Assembly: GCA_049322215.1 (NCBI GenBank)
Contig: JBMORU010000001.1
Location: 388,023 to 452,022, forward strand
Direction of reading: 5' to 3'
Origin: Patescibacteria group bacterium
Lineage (GTDB): Bacteria; Patescibacteriota; WWE3; UBA101185; UBA10185
Length of the DNA: 64,000 nt
The translations under genes and the position numbers were made by a program. The notes under the pieces are model-generated. The model was not told the DNA's origin. It did not search any database and saw only the letters and a program-made list of their open reading frames with translations. The stretch's first letter is position 1; each line of letters starts with the position of its first letter. Positions 38,142 to 49,545 of the stretch are shown piece by piece.

Positions 38142-38741
38142 TTAAAATTTTTCTGTTCTATTTATATATTCTGATTCTACAAAACCTAATAAAAGCGCAA
38201 AAATGTAGTAGACTGGAGCACCAAAGATTAAAGCAGTAATAAAAGGAAAATTTTCTAAGATAATAATAATTTCCTCCTTAAAACCAATTAGTGGGGCTAT
38301 AGAAATTGCTAAAAGCGTCCAATACAAGCTATAGTTTTTTGCCATTTTAGTAGCAAAAGTAAGTATAGCCACATAAGCTATTATAATAGTTAAATTTGGT
38401 AAGATTTTATCAATTGGTATTTGTGCTGATTCGAAGTTTTTAGGGTAATATTTTTGAATTAAATTGAATTTTTCAAAGATTGTTGCAAATAAGCTAGCTA
38501 CAATTGTACTTAGTATAAAAAATGTTATTTCTTTCCCATTTATAAACTTCTTTTTTTTTAACTTCCTACTTGTGAATGAAATTAAATAGGCGAGTAACCA
38601 AAGAAAAACAAAAGACCAGTTACCTTTCATAATACTTTCCGTAGCAAACATGATTCCTACAATCATAAGCGAAATTATTAAAGCCCCATCTATTATTATG
38701 CTTAAGTTAGAATTATTTTGCTTCATTTCTTGTTTCATCAC
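38142..38741 (-). CDS. Hypothetical membrane protein
   Basis: About 6 TM segments; overlaps the ABC ATPase 3' end. Confidence 0.6.
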   Translation of the reverse strand: MMKQEMKQNNSNLSIIIDGALIISLMIVGIMFATESIMKGNWSFVFLWLLAYLISFTSRKLKKKKFINGKEITFFILSTIVASLFATIFEKFNLIQKYYPKNFESAQIPIDKILPNLTIIIAYVAILTFATKMAKNYSLYWTLLAISIAPLIGFKEEIIIILENFPFITALIFGAPVYYIFALLLGFVESEYINRTEKF

Positions 38742-39399
38742 TTACTAATTTTCCATCTGCTAGTACTATATTACGATCAGCAATTTTTGCATATTCAGGT
38801 TCATGAGTTACCATTACTAAAGTAAGTCCTTCATTATTTAATTGTTGCAAGGCATCTAATACCACTTTTGAGGTTTGTGAATCTAGGTTTGCTGTGGGCT
38901 CATCTGCAAAAAGTATTTTTGGATTATTTACAATTGCACGTGCAATACTGACTCTTTGTTGTTCTCCGCCTGACATTTGGCTTGGTAGATTATTTATTCT
39001 TTCTTTAAGTCCCAACATACTTAAGGCTTCTTCTGCTTTTTCTTTGGCATCCTTCATGCCGCTGCCTTGCATTAGTAAAGGTAAAAGTACGTTTTCACTA
39101 GCTGTAAGTGTAGGAAGAAGGGCGTAGTCTTGAAAAATATACCCAAGATTTTTTAATCTGTACAAAGTTCTTTCGCTTTTTTGCAAATGAGTTACCTCAA
39201 TGCCTGCTATAAAAACTTTTCCTTCTGTTGGATGGTCTAATAAGCCTAATTGATGCAGTAGTGTGCTTTTTCCAGATCCTGACATTCCTGTTATGGCAAC
39301 AAATTCCCCTTCTTGTATTTCCAGTGTTACATTGTTTAAGGCTGTTAAGCTTCTTGGCCCAATTTTGTATATGCGTGTTAAGTTAGTTGCTTTTACCAT
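38713..39399 (-). CDS. ABC transporter ATP-binding protein (LolD/MacB type)
   Basis: GMSGSGKST, MSGGEQQRV, FADEPTANLD. Confidence 0.95.
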   Translation of the reverse strand: MVKATNLTRIYKIGPRSLTALNNVTLEIQEGEFVAITGMSGSGKSTLLHQLGLLDHPTEGKVFIAGIEVTHLQKSERTLYRLKNLGYIFQDYALLPTLTASENVLLPLLMQGSGMKDAKEKAEEALSMLGLKERINNLPSQMSGGEQQRVSIARAIVNNPKILFADEPTANLDSQTSKVVLDALQQLNNEGLTLVMVTHEPEYAKIADRNIVLADGKLVSDETRNEAK

Positions 39400-39402
39400 G
39401 TG

Positions 39403-40653
39403 TCATCTTCCCAAAATTGCATCTAATGTATTTTGACTTACTATGTACCGTGCAGGCAAGTAGCCTGCTACTATAGTTGCAATAAATAACGTAATAGTTC
39501 TATTTATGGTTTCGCTATATTCTGCTACTAGTATTCCGTCAGAAAACGGAAAATCTATTGGATTTGCATTAAAGTATGGAACAAGAAATCCATACAAAAT
39601 AATTAAACCGATTGCAGAACCTACTGTTGCATAAAATAAAGACTGAAACACATACGAAATTTCGATTGCTAGCGATGAAATGCCTATTCCTTTAAGAATG
39701 CCAATAAACTTTCGTTTTGTTACAGCTGTTACAAAAATTACTATAAATATTGTAATTGATGCCACAATCAACCCAATTGTCCCAATAACATCACCTAAAA
39801 TTGCGAATGTGGTGACTATATCTTCTACAAAACTAGGTTGATACTCGCTGGGTGTTTCAATTTTTGCAAAGGCACCTACTCCTTTATTTAGGAGTGCTAT
39901 TTTTGTTTGATTGTGTTCGTTTTTTCCTTCGAGACGCAGTACAATTTCTGCTGGTTTAAAATCTTCGTTGCTAACAAACTCTTTAAATAAAGTTTGTGAC
40001 ATTAAAACTCTACTATCTATTTCTCCAACTTTAGCGTTCGCAAAACCAATTACTTTTACTTTCTTAGTAATATTGTTAATCGTAATTTCAACCTCATCAC
40101 CTATATCTACTGTATCTAATGTTGCAGAACTGTCTGATCCGGGGCTTGCAAACTTGCTTACTAAGTCTATGCCAAGTACTATTTCGTTAGTAGAGTCGGA
40201 TTTAAATAATTCACCTTCTCTTATATGGGCGTTTAAATTGATTGTTGTTATTTCTTTAGAGGGATTAATTCCTAACGCTGTTGCAGATATAGAGTCTAGT
40301 TTTTCATCAGACTTTACTCGTTCATTAAAGTTTCCAACCACAACTGATCTCACGGCATATCTTGACGTATAACTTTTCACGTTATTTAGTGTGCTAATTG
40401 CCTCAAGGACTTCACTGTCCTTTTCTATATACTTTTTTGTGCTGAGAGTAGAGATATAAATATCACCGTAGTAGTTTCTTTCATTAGCATTTATAGCGCC
40501 TTGAGGTAATCCAATTAGTATTCCACGAACAAATAAGAGATTTAGAAATGTCAAAACCATTATGAAAATTACGAGTAAATTAGTCAAAATGCTGGACCTT
40601 GTTATTCTTTTGTAAGCAAGAAAATATCCTACTCTTATTGTTGTGAGTTTCAC
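39403..40653 (-). CDS. ABC transporter permease (FtsX/LolE/MacB type)
   Basis: TM1, large extracytoplasmic loop, KRKFIGILKGIG, three C-terminal TM helices. Confidence 0.88.
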   Translation of the reverse strand: MKLTTIRVGYFLAYKRITRSSILTNLLVIFIMVLTFLNLLFVRGILIGLPQGAINANERNYYGDIYISTLSTKKYIEKDSEVLEAISTLNNVKSYTSRYAVRSVVVGNFNERVKSDEKLDSISATALGINPSKEITTINLNAHIREGELFKSDSTNEIVLGIDLVSKFASPGSDSSATLDTVDIGDEVEITINNITKKVKVIGFANAKVGEIDSRVLMSQTLFKEFVSNEDFKPAEIVLRLEGKNEHNQTKIALLNKGVGAFAKIETPSEYQPSFVEDIVTTFAILGDVIGTIGLIVASITIFIVIFVTAVTKRKFIGILKGIGISSLAIEISYVFQSLFYATVGSAIGLIILYGFLVPYFNANPIDFPFSDGILVAEYSETINRTITLFIATIVAGYLPARYIVSQNTLDAILGR

Positions 40654-40675
40654 ACCGTAAATTATAACTCAATAA

Positions 40676-40924
40676 TTAGTTTTTTGGTCTTGCTTCAGAT
40701 ACTCTGATACTTCTACCGTCTATTTCTGTTCCATCCATTTCGGATATAGCTTGATCTGCTTGTGCATCATCTTCTAGTTCAACAAAGCCAAAGCCTTTGC
40801 TTCTGCCTGTATTTCTATCAGTAATAACACTTGCGGATACAACTGTACCGTAGTTAGAGAATAGTGATTTAAGACTATCATCAGTAGTACTGTAAGGTAA
40901 GTTACCTATATAAAGTTTTTTCAT
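40676..40924 (-). CDS. RRM RNA-binding protein
   Basis: RNP2 LYIGNL, RNP1 KGFGFVEL; AGGAGG SD. Confidence 0.96.
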   Translation of the reverse strand: MKKLYIGNLPYSTTDDSLKSLFSNYGTVVSASVITDRNTGRSKGFGFVELEDDAQADQAISEMDGTEIDGRSIRVSEARPKN

Positions 40925-41017
40925 TTTTTTACACCTCCTAAATTAATGTAAGTTAGTACGGTTACTCATTCTAATTTAGAAAGCGTAACATGCGGTATTT
41001 TAGCATAACCACAGAAT

Positions 41018-42556
41018 TTATCTATCAATCAAACTTCTTCCTGTCATATCTTGTGGTTTTTCAAGCCCCATTAAGTCTAATACTGTGGGAGCTACATCAG
41101 CCAATTTACCTCTTGGATATAACCAATATTTCTCTTCAGATATTACAACTAAATTAACAGGTTGGGTAGTATGTGCTGTGTGCGGTTCTTTAGTTTTTTC
41201 GTTAATCATTACTTCACAGTTACCGTGATCTGCTGTAACCAATGCTACACCACCTTTAGCTAGTATTGCACTAACTAATTTTTCTACACATTCGTCTGTT
41301 GTTTCTACGGCTTTAATACCTGCTTCTAAAACTCCAGTGTGTCCAACCATATCGGGGTTTGCATAGTTGACCAAAACAAAACTATAGTCATTTTCTTTAA
41401 TTGCTTTTTCGACTTTTTCTGTAACTTCGTATGCACTCATTTCTGGCTGTAAATCGTAGGTAGCTACTTTTGGTGAATTTACCAATATTCTATCTTCGCC
41501 TTCAAAAGGTGTTTCACGACCGCCATTAAAAAAATATGTAACATGCGGATATTTTTCTGTTTCTGCAGAGTGCAATTGCTTCAAACCGTTTTTGCTTATT
41601 ACTTCTGCTAATGGATTTTTTACTATTTCATATGGAAAAACTATATCGGAGACGTTTAGTCCTTCGTCGTATTCGGTCATAATTACTACATTTAGTTTAT
41701 TTCCAATGTAGTTACGTTTAAATCCACTAAAGTTAGGATCGGTTAAAGCATATACTATTTGACGCATTCTATCTGCTCTAAAATTGAAGAATAAAACTCC
41801 ATCGCCTTCGTCAAAAGTAACTTTTGATTTATTCTCGATTAATGCTGGAAGTATAAATTCATCTGTTATGTCGTTGGCGTGTGAAGCTTTTACTGCATCA
41901 ACTGCTGAAGGAGCTTTTAACTCACAATCTCTTTCGAAAATAGCTTTGTATGCTTTTTCAGTTCTTTCCCATCGTTTATCTCTATCCATAGCAAAATATC
42001 TTCCGCTCACTGTGGCAATTGCTCCACTTCCTAGTGCATTTAGTTTGTCTTGCAGTTTTTTTAAAAATCCTTCGGCACTGTAGGGTGACGCATCTCTTCC
42101 ATCTGTTAGTGCGTGAACAACTACTTGAATATTATTGGCTGTGGCAATGTCTAAAAGTGCAAATAAATGATTTATGTGGCTGTGAACACCCCCATTGCTT
42201 ACAAGACCAATTAAATGCAGTTTTTTATGGGAGCTTTTTAATTTTGAAAATAAATTTGTAAGTGCTGGGTTGTTTTTTAGCGTATCTTTTTCTATGGCCA
42301 TATTAATTTTAGTTATATCTTGATAAACAACTCTTCCACCGCCCAAATTTAAGTGCCCTACTTCTGAGTTTCCCATTTGGTCTTGAGGTAAGCCTACAGC
42401 GGTTCCAGAGGCATCAAGTACCGCCCGTTCATACGTTTTCAACCAATGTGAGAAGTTAGGTGTTTTGGCCTGTGCAATGGCATTGCCGTGTTTTCTAGCT
42501 CTTAAGCCCCAACCATCTAAAATAAACAATCCTACAAGACGCGTTTTTTTGTTCAC
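41018..42556 (-). CDS. gpmI: 2,3-bisphosphoglycerate-independent phosphoglycerate mutase
   Basis: [48 protein letters not shown]. Confidence 0.97.
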   Translation of the reverse strand: MNKKTRLVGLFILDGWGLRARKHGNAIAQAKTPNFSHWLKTYERAVLDASGTAVGLPQDQMGNSEVGHLNLGGGRVVYQDITKINMAIEKDTLKNNPALTNLFSKLKSSHKKLHLIGLVSNGGVHSHINHLFALLDIATANNIQVVVHALTDGRDASPYSAEGFLKKLQDKLNALGSGAIATVSGRYFAMDRDKRWERTEKAYKAIFERDCELKAPSAVDAVKASHANDITDEFILPALIENKSKVTFDEGDGVLFFNFRADRMRQIVYALTDPNFSGFKRNYIGNKLNVVIMTEYDEGLNVSDIVFPYEIVKNPLAEVISKNGLKQLHSAETEKYPHVTYFFNGGRETPFEGEDRILVNSPKVATYDLQPEMSAYEVTEKVEKAIKENDYSFVLVNYANPDMVGHTGVLEAGIKAVETTDECVEKLVSAILAKGGVALVTADHGNCEVMINEKTKEPHTAHTTQPVNLVVISEEKYWLYPRGKLADVAPTVLDLMGLEKPQDMTGRSLIDR

Positions 42557-43860
42557 TTGTTAGCTCCAAATTGCGTAAATGGATTTTTGTATGTTGCTTC
42601 GGTGCCAAGCTCGTGTTCTATTTGTATTAGCCTGTTATATTTGCTGACTCTATCACTTCTACAGGGAGCGCCCGTTTTTATTTGTCCCGTTCCTGATGCT
42701 ACCACTAAGTCTGCAATATAAGAGTCTTCTGTTTCTCCTGACCTGTGGGATATAATAGCCGTCATTTTATTTTTTATTGCAAGGTCTATTGTTTCAACTG
42801 TTTCGGTTAAAGTTCCTATTTGATTTACTTTTACTAGTATTGAGTTTGCAGCTTTCAGGTCTATTCCTTTTTGCAAAAACTTTTTGTTAGTTACAAATAA
42901 ATCATCTCCTACAATTTGCAGTTTATTTTCTAACTTTTGCATCATGAGTTTAAAACCGTCCCAGTCATTTTCTGCCAAGCCATCTTCTATAGAAACAATT
43001 GGATATTTATTTATCCAATCCTCGTATAAGTTCACCATTTGTTCTGAATTTAAAGATTTTCCTTCTGTTTTTAATTCATACTTATCATTTGTATAAACTT
43101 CTGAGGCAGCTGGGTCTAGCGCCAATGAAATTTGTTCGCCTGGTATATAGCCTGCTTTTGAAATTGCTTCTACAAGCATGTCTAATGCTTCTTCATGAGA
43201 TTTAAGCTTTGGCATAAATCCACCTTCGTCTCCAACACCTACTGGTAAATTTTTTTCGAGGAGGATTTTTTTAAGCTTGTGATAAACTTCTGAACCCCAC
43301 CGTATGGCTTCTGCAATGTTTGTTGCGCCGATTGGCATTATCATAAACTCTTGTAAGTCTATTGAGCCAATAGCATGTTTACCTCCGTTTAAAACATTCA
43401 TCATTGGGGTAGGTAATAGCCATTCCTTGTTTTGAGGCCAGTAAAGATTTCGTAAGTATTTGTATAGCGGAATATTTTTTGAGTTTGCAGCTGCTCTGCT
43501 TATAGCAAGAGAAACCGATAAAATAGCATTAGCGCCTAAGTTAGATTTATTTTCAGTACCGTCAACTTCTATCATGGCATAATCTAATGTTTTTTGATCA
43601 AAAGGATTTTGTGTTTTTAAACCTTCTGCAATTTTTAAATTTACATTTCTAACTGCGTTTAAAACACCTTTTCCATTGTATCTTTTACTATCATTGTCTC
43701 TTAATTCTAAAGCCTCATTTGTACCGGTTGAGGCTCCTGATGGTACTAAGGATTCGCCTTTGCTACCGTCAGATAAGTGCACTGTAGTTAAAATTGTTGG
43801 ATTTCCTCTAGAATCTAAAACTTCTATAGCTTTTATTTTTTCAATAGTGACATTGGGCAT
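42553..43860 (-). CDS. eno: Enolase
   Basis: [34 protein letters not shown]. Confidence 0.98.
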   Translation of the reverse strand: MPNVTIEKIKAIEVLDSRGNPTILTTVHLSDGSKGESLVPSGASTGTNEALELRDNDSKRYNGKGVLNAVRNVNLKIAEGLKTQNPFDQKTLDYAMIEVDGTENKSNLGANAILSVSLAISRAAANSKNIPLYKYLRNLYWPQNKEWLLPTPMMNVLNGGKHAIGSIDLQEFMIMPIGATNIAEAIRWGSEVYHKLKKILLEKNLPVGVGDEGGFMPKLKSHEEALDMLVEAISKAGYIPGEQISLALDPAASEVYTNDKYELKTEGKSLNSEQMVNLYEDWINKYPIVSIEDGLAENDWDGFKLMMQKLENKLQIVGDDLFVTNKKFLQKGIDLKAANSILVKVNQIGTLTETVETIDLAIKNKMTAIISHRSGETEDSYIADLVVASGTGQIKTGAPCRSDRVSKYNRLIQIEHELGTEATYKNPFTQFGANK

Positions 43861-43947
43861 ACACCAAGTATATTTCAGTTGAGATGCCTTGGCAATTTAT
43901 GCAAATATTTGCTATTCGCGCATGTTATTATATAGATCATCATCAAT

Positions 43948-44295
43948 ATGAATGAGCAACATTTGTTTCAACAATTGCATAACTTTTTTACTAACGTATC
44001 ACAAAATAATGATGCGGGACTTGAAAAGTACTTGCAAAAATTTATTCCTAGCGATTTAGAGCCCAAGGATGAGTGTTGTTTAAAATATTGTGAAAGACCC
44101 AATGGAAGATATTGTCATACGTGCCCTAACCACCCCTTGAGGTCATCTAACATTAACTTTTTACATCCAAAGTACGTTGAGGCAAGTGAGCTCATAAACA
44201 AAAAAGACTATGTAATGTACATAATGTTTTTGTATGTAAATAATTTACCGTATCCTCGAGTGAGCGAACTTTACGAAGTTATTTTAAGTAGTTAG
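43948..44295 (+). CDS. Hypothetical protein with a Cys cluster (FhuF-like CC-x11-C-x2-C)
   Basis: CCLKYCERPNGRYCHTCP. Confidence 0.5.
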   Translation: MNEQHLFQQLHNFFTNVSQNNDAGLEKYLQKFIPSDLEPKDECCLKYCERPNGRYCHTCPNHPLRSSNINFLHPKYVEASELINKKDYVMYIMFLYVNNLPYPRVSELYEVILSS

Positions 44296-46075
44296 TTAGT
44301 TTTTCGTAATAGTAGGCAGTTCTATTTCGACTTATTTTTTTTGCGGTCATAGATTCAACATCTACTTTAGTGTAATGTTCCAAAGGGCAATGTTCTTTAT
44401 CTGTATGAAGATGTAATTTCTCAAGATTACTAGTTATATGCCCTAAAGCCTGACTAGTTGTAGCATAAAAATTTTTTCCGCCAACTTTGTTATAAAAGCC
44501 ACTTTCTTTTATAGTTGCAAGCACTGGATTTTTTAAAGCAGAAAAGTAAATTCGCTTTTTTGCTTGCTTCAAATGATTTACAAGTTCTTCTAGCAAATCT
44601 TCACCAGTTGCATCAATTTCGTTTATTCCTGTTCCTACAAATAAAATGTCTGTTATTTTTTTATGTGACTCTAAATATCTAGTTACTTCATCTTCAAAAA
44701 ACTGGGCGTTTGCAAAAAACAACGGTGCATCTAATCTTACAACTGCAATATTTTCGCACACATCTAAATGAAAAGCCTCAGCATTATGTAAATGTTTGTC
44801 TTTATACAATGATAAAAAAGCTACCTTTGGTTTAGTGTTTTTATAAAAAAAGTATCCTACAGAAAAGAAAACTCCTATTATTACACCTTTTTCAAGCTCA
44901 GGGGCAAAATATAAAGTAGTTATAAAAGTAATTATTGCAGCCCAGGCATCGTATCGATTTATGTGCCACATGACTACAATTTTTTTGAAGTCAAACAAAC
45001 CCACTATAGAAATTAAAATCACTGCGGAAAGCGCAACTTTTGGCAAGTAGTAAATTAAGTCAGTAAAAAAAACAATTGATACCAAAACAGTCAAACTAGT
45101 AAATAAACTCGATAGCCATGACTTAGCACCCGCATCAAAGTTAATGGCAGTTCTTGAAAGTGATCCTGACGTTGGATAGCTATTACCCAAAGCGCCAATT
45201 ATATTTGCTAGTCCTTGCCCTACTAATTCTTTATTTGGGTTAAATTTTTGCTTTGTTTTTAAGGCAATGACTTCTGCTACTGAAATTGCTTCTGTAAAGC
45301 CAATTAGCGCCATAATTGCAGCAGATTCTACTAATGTTTCTAGTACCTTTGCGTTAACCTCAACTTTTGATAAGGGGGTGAAGCCAGAAGGTATTTGTCC
45401 AACAATAGGTGTTTGGTACCTGGTTACCCAAGTAAAAAGTGTACTTAATATTAGCGCTATCAATACATATGGAACTTTTTTGTCTATTTTTCGTAGCATA
45501 TACATGAAACCAAAAATAGCTATGCCGAAATATAGAGTATTAAAATTTGTACCTTGCTGAGCTTTATTAATGACCTCTATAACAGTTTTATATAGACGAT
45601 CTTGATTTTGTACAGTGATTCCAAAAAAAGCTGAGAGTTGCGTGGCGACTATTACCAAGGCGGCGGCGTTAGTGAATCCGTAAATTACTGGGTGAGACAA
45701 AAAATTAGAGAAATACCCAAGTTTGAAAACTCCTGTTATAAGTAAAATTACGCCCATTACAAATGCTAATAGAACAGCATATGTAATGTATTCTTGTGTT
45801 CCCGGTGCTGCTAAGGGGGTTATTGCCGCGAGGGTCATTATAGACATTAATGCTGCGGGTCCTGTAGCTAATTGGGGGCATGATCCAAATAAAGCAGCTA
45901 TAACAGGGGGAAGTAATGCGGCATAAAGACCGTATTGCGGAGGAAGTCCTGCTAATGTTGCATGGGCAAGCGACTGCGGGACAAGTAACAAAGCTACTGT
46001 TATTCCCGCAATCAAATCGTTTTTTACAAAAAATGTATCTATTTTGAATTTTTTAGCTAAAGTACCTTTTCTCAT
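44279..46075 (-). CDS. SulP family anion permease with STAS domain
   Basis: DLIAGITV..LLVPQSLA, GLYAA, NKELVGQGLAN, GSLSRT, RLDAPLFFAN. Confidence 0.95.
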   Translation of the reverse strand: MRKGTLAKKFKIDTFFVKNDLIAGITVALLLVPQSLAHATLAGLPPQYGLYAALLPPVIAALFGSCPQLATGPAALMSIMTLAAITPLAAPGTQEYITYAVLLAFVMGVILLITGVFKLGYFSNFLSHPVIYGFTNAAALVIVATQLSAFFGITVQNQDRLYKTVIEVINKAQQGTNFNTLYFGIAIFGFMYMLRKIDKKVPYVLIALILSTLFTWVTRYQTPIVGQIPSGFTPLSKVEVNAKVLETLVESAAIMALIGFTEAISVAEVIALKTKQKFNPNKELVGQGLANIIGALGNSYPTSGSLSRTAINFDAGAKSWLSSLFTSLTVLVSIVFFTDLIYYLPKVALSAVILISIVGLFDFKKIVVMWHINRYDAWAAIITFITTLYFAPELEKGVIIGVFFSVGYFFYKNTKPKVAFLSLYKDKHLHNAEAFHLDVCENIAVVRLDAPLFFANAQFFEDEVTRYLESHKKITDILFVGTGINEIDATGEDLLEELVNHLKQAKKRIYFSALKNPVLATIKESGFYNKVGGKNFYATTSQALGHITSNLEKLHLHTDKEHCPLEHYTKVDVESMTAKKISRNRTAYYYEKLTNYLK

Positions 46076-46093
46076 GTTTAATGTGTTTAATTT

Positions 46094-46864
46094 TTAGGCT
46101 CTTGCTAAAGCATGTACTGTTGGGGGTAATTTTCCTGTTACGGAGCCTGTTTCTAGCATATCAATTGCTTGTTGCAGTCTTTGTTGTATTTCAACAGCAC
46201 TTAATTCTTTAAATGCTGCTATATTTTTTGCAAAGTCAGTTTCTAACCGCAGCGCTAATCTTTTAAGTCTCGCAAGCACCATATCACGAGACATTTCGTT
46301 TTGTTCCTGTTCTCCATTATTGTAACTGCTTTCATTAGAGTAACTTAAATAAGATTCGTTAAAGTGGGTGTAGTCAGTTAAAACTTCTGCAAAGTCATGT
46401 GTGCTTTCTGCAAAAGCCGCGCTTAGTTTTGACACTGACTGTTCTTCATTACCCATGCTTGCTAAAACTTCAATACTTTCTAATTTTCGCATATTGGTAT
46501 CAAATTCTTCTAATGCCTCAGTTCCCATTTCTTGGTTGACCCTTTTTCTAGTTGATTCGTAGTTGTACATTTGTCCGCTAAAAACGTCTAACCTTATTGC
46601 TTCTATCTTATCTTCTTTACTAATTTCATCCCCATAGCGCTCAGTATAAAAATCGTAAGCACTTTGAAGCATTTCCTTTGATATTCCTTCTTTATCAAGC
46701 TCATACTGTTCATTGATTTCGTTGTAGAATGCAGAAAACTCAGGGTCAGAGTCAGTTTCATTATTAGGTACAAGGGGTTCGTTTGTTAATGTTTCTTTTG
46801 TATCTGGTTGATTACTTGTTAAGGGTAACTCACTTAAATGTTCTTCATTTTCAGTAATATCCAT
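46094..46864 (-). CDS. Acidic helical hypothetical protein
   Basis: Long ORF with no recognised motif. Confidence 0.6.
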   Translation of the reverse strand: MDITENEEHLSELPLTSNQPDTKETLTNEPLVPNNETDSDPEFSAFYNEINEQYELDKEGISKEMLQSAYDFYTERYGDEISKEDKIEAIRLDVFSGQMYNYESTRKRVNQEMGTEALEEFDTNMRKLESIEVLASMGNEEQSVSKLSAAFAESTHDFAEVLTDYTHFNESYLSYSNESSYNNGEQEQNEMSRDMVLARLKRLALRLETDFAKNIAAFKELSAVEIQQRLQQAIDMLETGSVTGKLPPTVHALARA

Positions 46865-46885
46865 GGAAAAATCATATAGGCTGTG

Positions 46886-47128
46886 TTATGCGTTTGCAAG
46901 CTTAATCTTTTGCTGTCTACTTAATTTCTTAATTTTGTATTCTTCTTTCATAGCTTCTCTTTTTGTATCAAACTTTTTTATGAAAATTAGTTTCACGGGT
47001 AATCTTGGTTTAGTATACTTAGCGCCTTTGCCTTTGTTGTGTATTTCTACACGCATGTAGGGATTTGTAGAATATCCTGTATATAAGGTTGTGTCTTTAC
47101 ATTCAACTATGTAAACGTAGTGTGCCAT
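46886..47128 (-). CDS. GIY-YIG nuclease (YazA/YhbQ-like)
   Basis: YVYIVEC.D.TLYTGYS, HNKGKGAKYT, AMKEEYKIK. Confidence 0.92.
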   Translation of the reverse strand: MAHYVYIVECKDTTLYTGYSTNPYMRVEIHNKGKGAKYTKPRLPVKLIFIKKFDTKREAMKEEYKIKKLSRQQKIKLANA

Positions 47129-47230
47129 ATTTACTTATTTTACATGCTCACAAATTTTAGTATTTAATTTATGTACTAAGCAAACCTATAGAAGTGTGTT
47201 ACAATGGTTAACGCTCTTTGGAAAAAGTAT

Positions 47231-48466
47231 ATGAAAGAAAGAAATACAAGAAAAACAGGGAATTCGAAATATTCTCATAATAGTAAATACAGAACTTCTA
47301 ATAATAAGAAGCAAAAATCGTATGGAAAAGGAAACCGCTTTAAAGAAAAAATAGCGCATCACAAATATATTTCAAAAGTAACCTCTTCACAGCCTGAACC
47401 AAACTATGTACCTTCTAAAAATTTTTACGATTTTGGTTTTGATTCTAAGTTAGAACAAAATATTTTAAACCGTGGTTACATTAATCCAACAAAAATACAA
47501 GATCAAACTATTCCACATATTTTAAAAGGCAAAGATGTTTTAGGTATTGGAAGTACTGGTTCGGGAAAAACTGGTGCGTTTTTAATTCCAACTATAAATA
47601 GTGCCCTTAAAGATAAAAAAATGCGCACTTTAATTTTGAGCCCTACCCGAGAACTTGCTAGTCAAATTTATGCAGAGTTTCGTGAATTTGCACAGGACAC
47701 CCCGTTACGTATGGTATTGATAATTGGTGGGGCAAGTATACGAGACCAGGTTCGTTTATTAAAAAATAGACCTGCATTTGTAGTAGCTACACCCGGTCGT
47801 TTAATGGATATAGAAGAAAGAAACAGCATAAACCTTAGTGATTTTAACTGTGTGATTTTAGATGAGGTAGACCAAATGTTAGCAATGGGTTTTGTAGAAG
47901 ATATAAGGGGTATTATTGCCAAACTACCCGCAAAAAAACAAGCCTTGTTTTTTTCAGCAACCATGGGTGTAAAAGAAGAAGCTATTGCGAATAGTTTATT
48001 AAATACTCCAGTAAAAGTTGAAACATATAGGCAGTCTCCATTAAAAACAATTGATCAGGATGTTGTTAAAGTAAAAAACAAAGAGCATAAAATCACCGTT
48101 TTGTATGAACTTTTACAAAAAAGTGAATTTCATAAAGTATTAGTATTTTCGGGAACAAAAGTTGGTGCTGACATGATTTCAGATAAATTACGAAAAAGAG
48201 GTGTAAAAATAGATTCTTTACATGGGGATAAATCACAACACAAAAGGTCTAGAGTTTTGTCTAAGTTTAGACAAGATAAAATAGATGTTTTAGTAGCTAC
48301 TGATGTTGCCGCCCGTGGAATTGATATTCCCGATATTTCACATGTTATAAACTTTGATGAGCCCGCAAGTTATAACGATTATATTCATCGTATAGGTCGT
48401 ACTGGAAGAATAGGTAAAAAAGGTGTTGCTTTAACTTTTGTTTACGATAACTCTAATCGTAGCTAA
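47231..48466 (+). CDS. DEAD-box RNA helicase
   Basis: TGSGKT, SPTRELA, TPGR, DEVD, FSAT, ARGID, HRIGRTGR; start could be 47204. Confidence 0.95.
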   Translation: MKERNTRKTGNSKYSHNSKYRTSNNKKQKSYGKGNRFKEKIAHHKYISKVTSSQPEPNYVPSKNFYDFGFDSKLEQNILNRGYINPTKIQDQTIPHILKGKDVLGIGSTGSGKTGAFLIPTINSALKDKKMRTLILSPTRELASQIYAEFREFAQDTPLRMVLIIGGASIRDQVRLLKNRPAFVVATPGRLMDIEERNSINLSDFNCVILDEVDQMLAMGFVEDIRGIIAKLPAKKQALFFSATMGVKEEAIANSLLNTPVKVETYRQSPLKTIDQDVVKVKNKEHKITVLYELLQKSEFHKVLVFSGTKVGADMISDKLRKRGVKIDSLHGDKSQHKRSRVLSKFRQDKIDVLVATDVAARGIDIPDISHVINFDEPASYNDYIHRIGRTGRIGKKGVALTFVYDNSNRS

Positions 48467-49545
48467 AGCTCGCGTTCAATTACCCACTGCGCTGATTGTA
48501 TAAAAAAATCTACTGCTTCTTTATTATAATTCGTCCAACTTTTTGCTTCATTTATAGCCTTTAGAGCGTATGTTTCTGCCTCATTTTGAGCGAAAACATC
48601 TGCTTTGTGCTTTTTCATTATTTCCTTAACTCTATCAATTTGTTTTTTAGTAGATTTTTTGTTTCCCAATATGCTATTTATTTCTTTTTCTTCTGCGGTA
48701 GAACATTTACTCAAAGTATATTTCACTAGTGCTGTTTTTTTCCCTTCTCTTATATCTGATAAAGTAGATTTTCCCAATTTTTTCTCATTTCCAAAAACAC
48801 CAAGTAAGTCGTCTTGCATTTGAAACGCTATTCCCGCTAAAGAAGCGTACTTTCCTATTTTTTTAAAATCTGCTTCAGTTCCATTTGCAATTATTAAACC
48901 TAAATACATAGGGGATATTACTGTGTAGTTGGCCGTTTTAAGATTTGCAAGTTCTGTAATCATTTTTAAAGTTATATCTTTAATTGGATTCGCATCTCTT
49001 TCTAAATCATAAATTTGCCCGGCAAAGGTATTTAAACCTGTTTCAATTTGATTTTGTATAAGCTTTAATTTAATGGGTTCGTTAATTTTTGCCTTTTGAA
49101 GTACTTGCAAGGTTAAGTATGCGGCTATATCTCCTGTCATTATTGCCATTCCTAACGCATCTTTTTCAGAGCCCGTCATTTCTTTAAGGCTATAGTATGT
49201 TGAATTCATACCACGTCTTATTGGTGCGTCGTCTACTATGTCGTCATGAATTAACAAATGTGCTTGTAGTAACTCAATACTTATAGATGCGCTTAATAGC
49301 GCGTCAGTGTCGTGCTTGCTGGTTTTATTTTTCAAAAGTTTGTAGGATTCATATACAAATGCAACTCTTTGCCTTTTTCCTCCGTTTAAAGCTAAATTTT
49401 CAAGCAGTCTTAAACAAGCAGGAATTTGTTTACTGTTTTTTGTTGGAATAAATTCTTTTTTTAGATTATTAAAATACTGAGTAAAATGTGGTTCAAAGCT
49501 TTGCTGATATTTAGTTATTTTCTGGGCAATGGAAGCATCATGCAT
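48463..49545 (-). CDS. trans-Polyprenyl diphosphate synthase (FPP/GGPP synthase type)
   Basis: GGKRQR, LIHDDIVD..IRRG, FQMQDD, SDIREGKKT. Confidence 0.92.
   Translation of the reverse strand: MHDASIAQKITKYQQSFEPHFTQYFNNLKKEFIPTKNSKQIPACLRLLENLALNGGKRQRVAFVYESYKLLKNKTSKHDTDALLSASISIELLQAHLLIHDDIVDDAPIRRGMNSTYYSLKEMTGSEKDALGMAIMTGDIAAYLTLQVLQKAKINEPIKLKLIQNQIETGLNTFAGQIYDLERDANPIKDITLKMITELANLKTANYTVISPMYLGLIIANGTEADFKKIGKYASLAGIAFQMQDDLLGVFGNEKKLGKSTLSDIREGKKTALVKYTLSKCSTAEEKEINSILGNKKSTKKQIDRVKEIMKKHKADVFAQNEAETYALKAINEAKSWTNYNKEAVDFFIQSAQWVIEREL

Noticed and set aside
46886-47128. GIY-YIG ORF as a homing endonuclease or mobile intron
   Set aside because: 80-aa stand-alone YazA-type protein with no DNA-binding extension and no interrupted host gene
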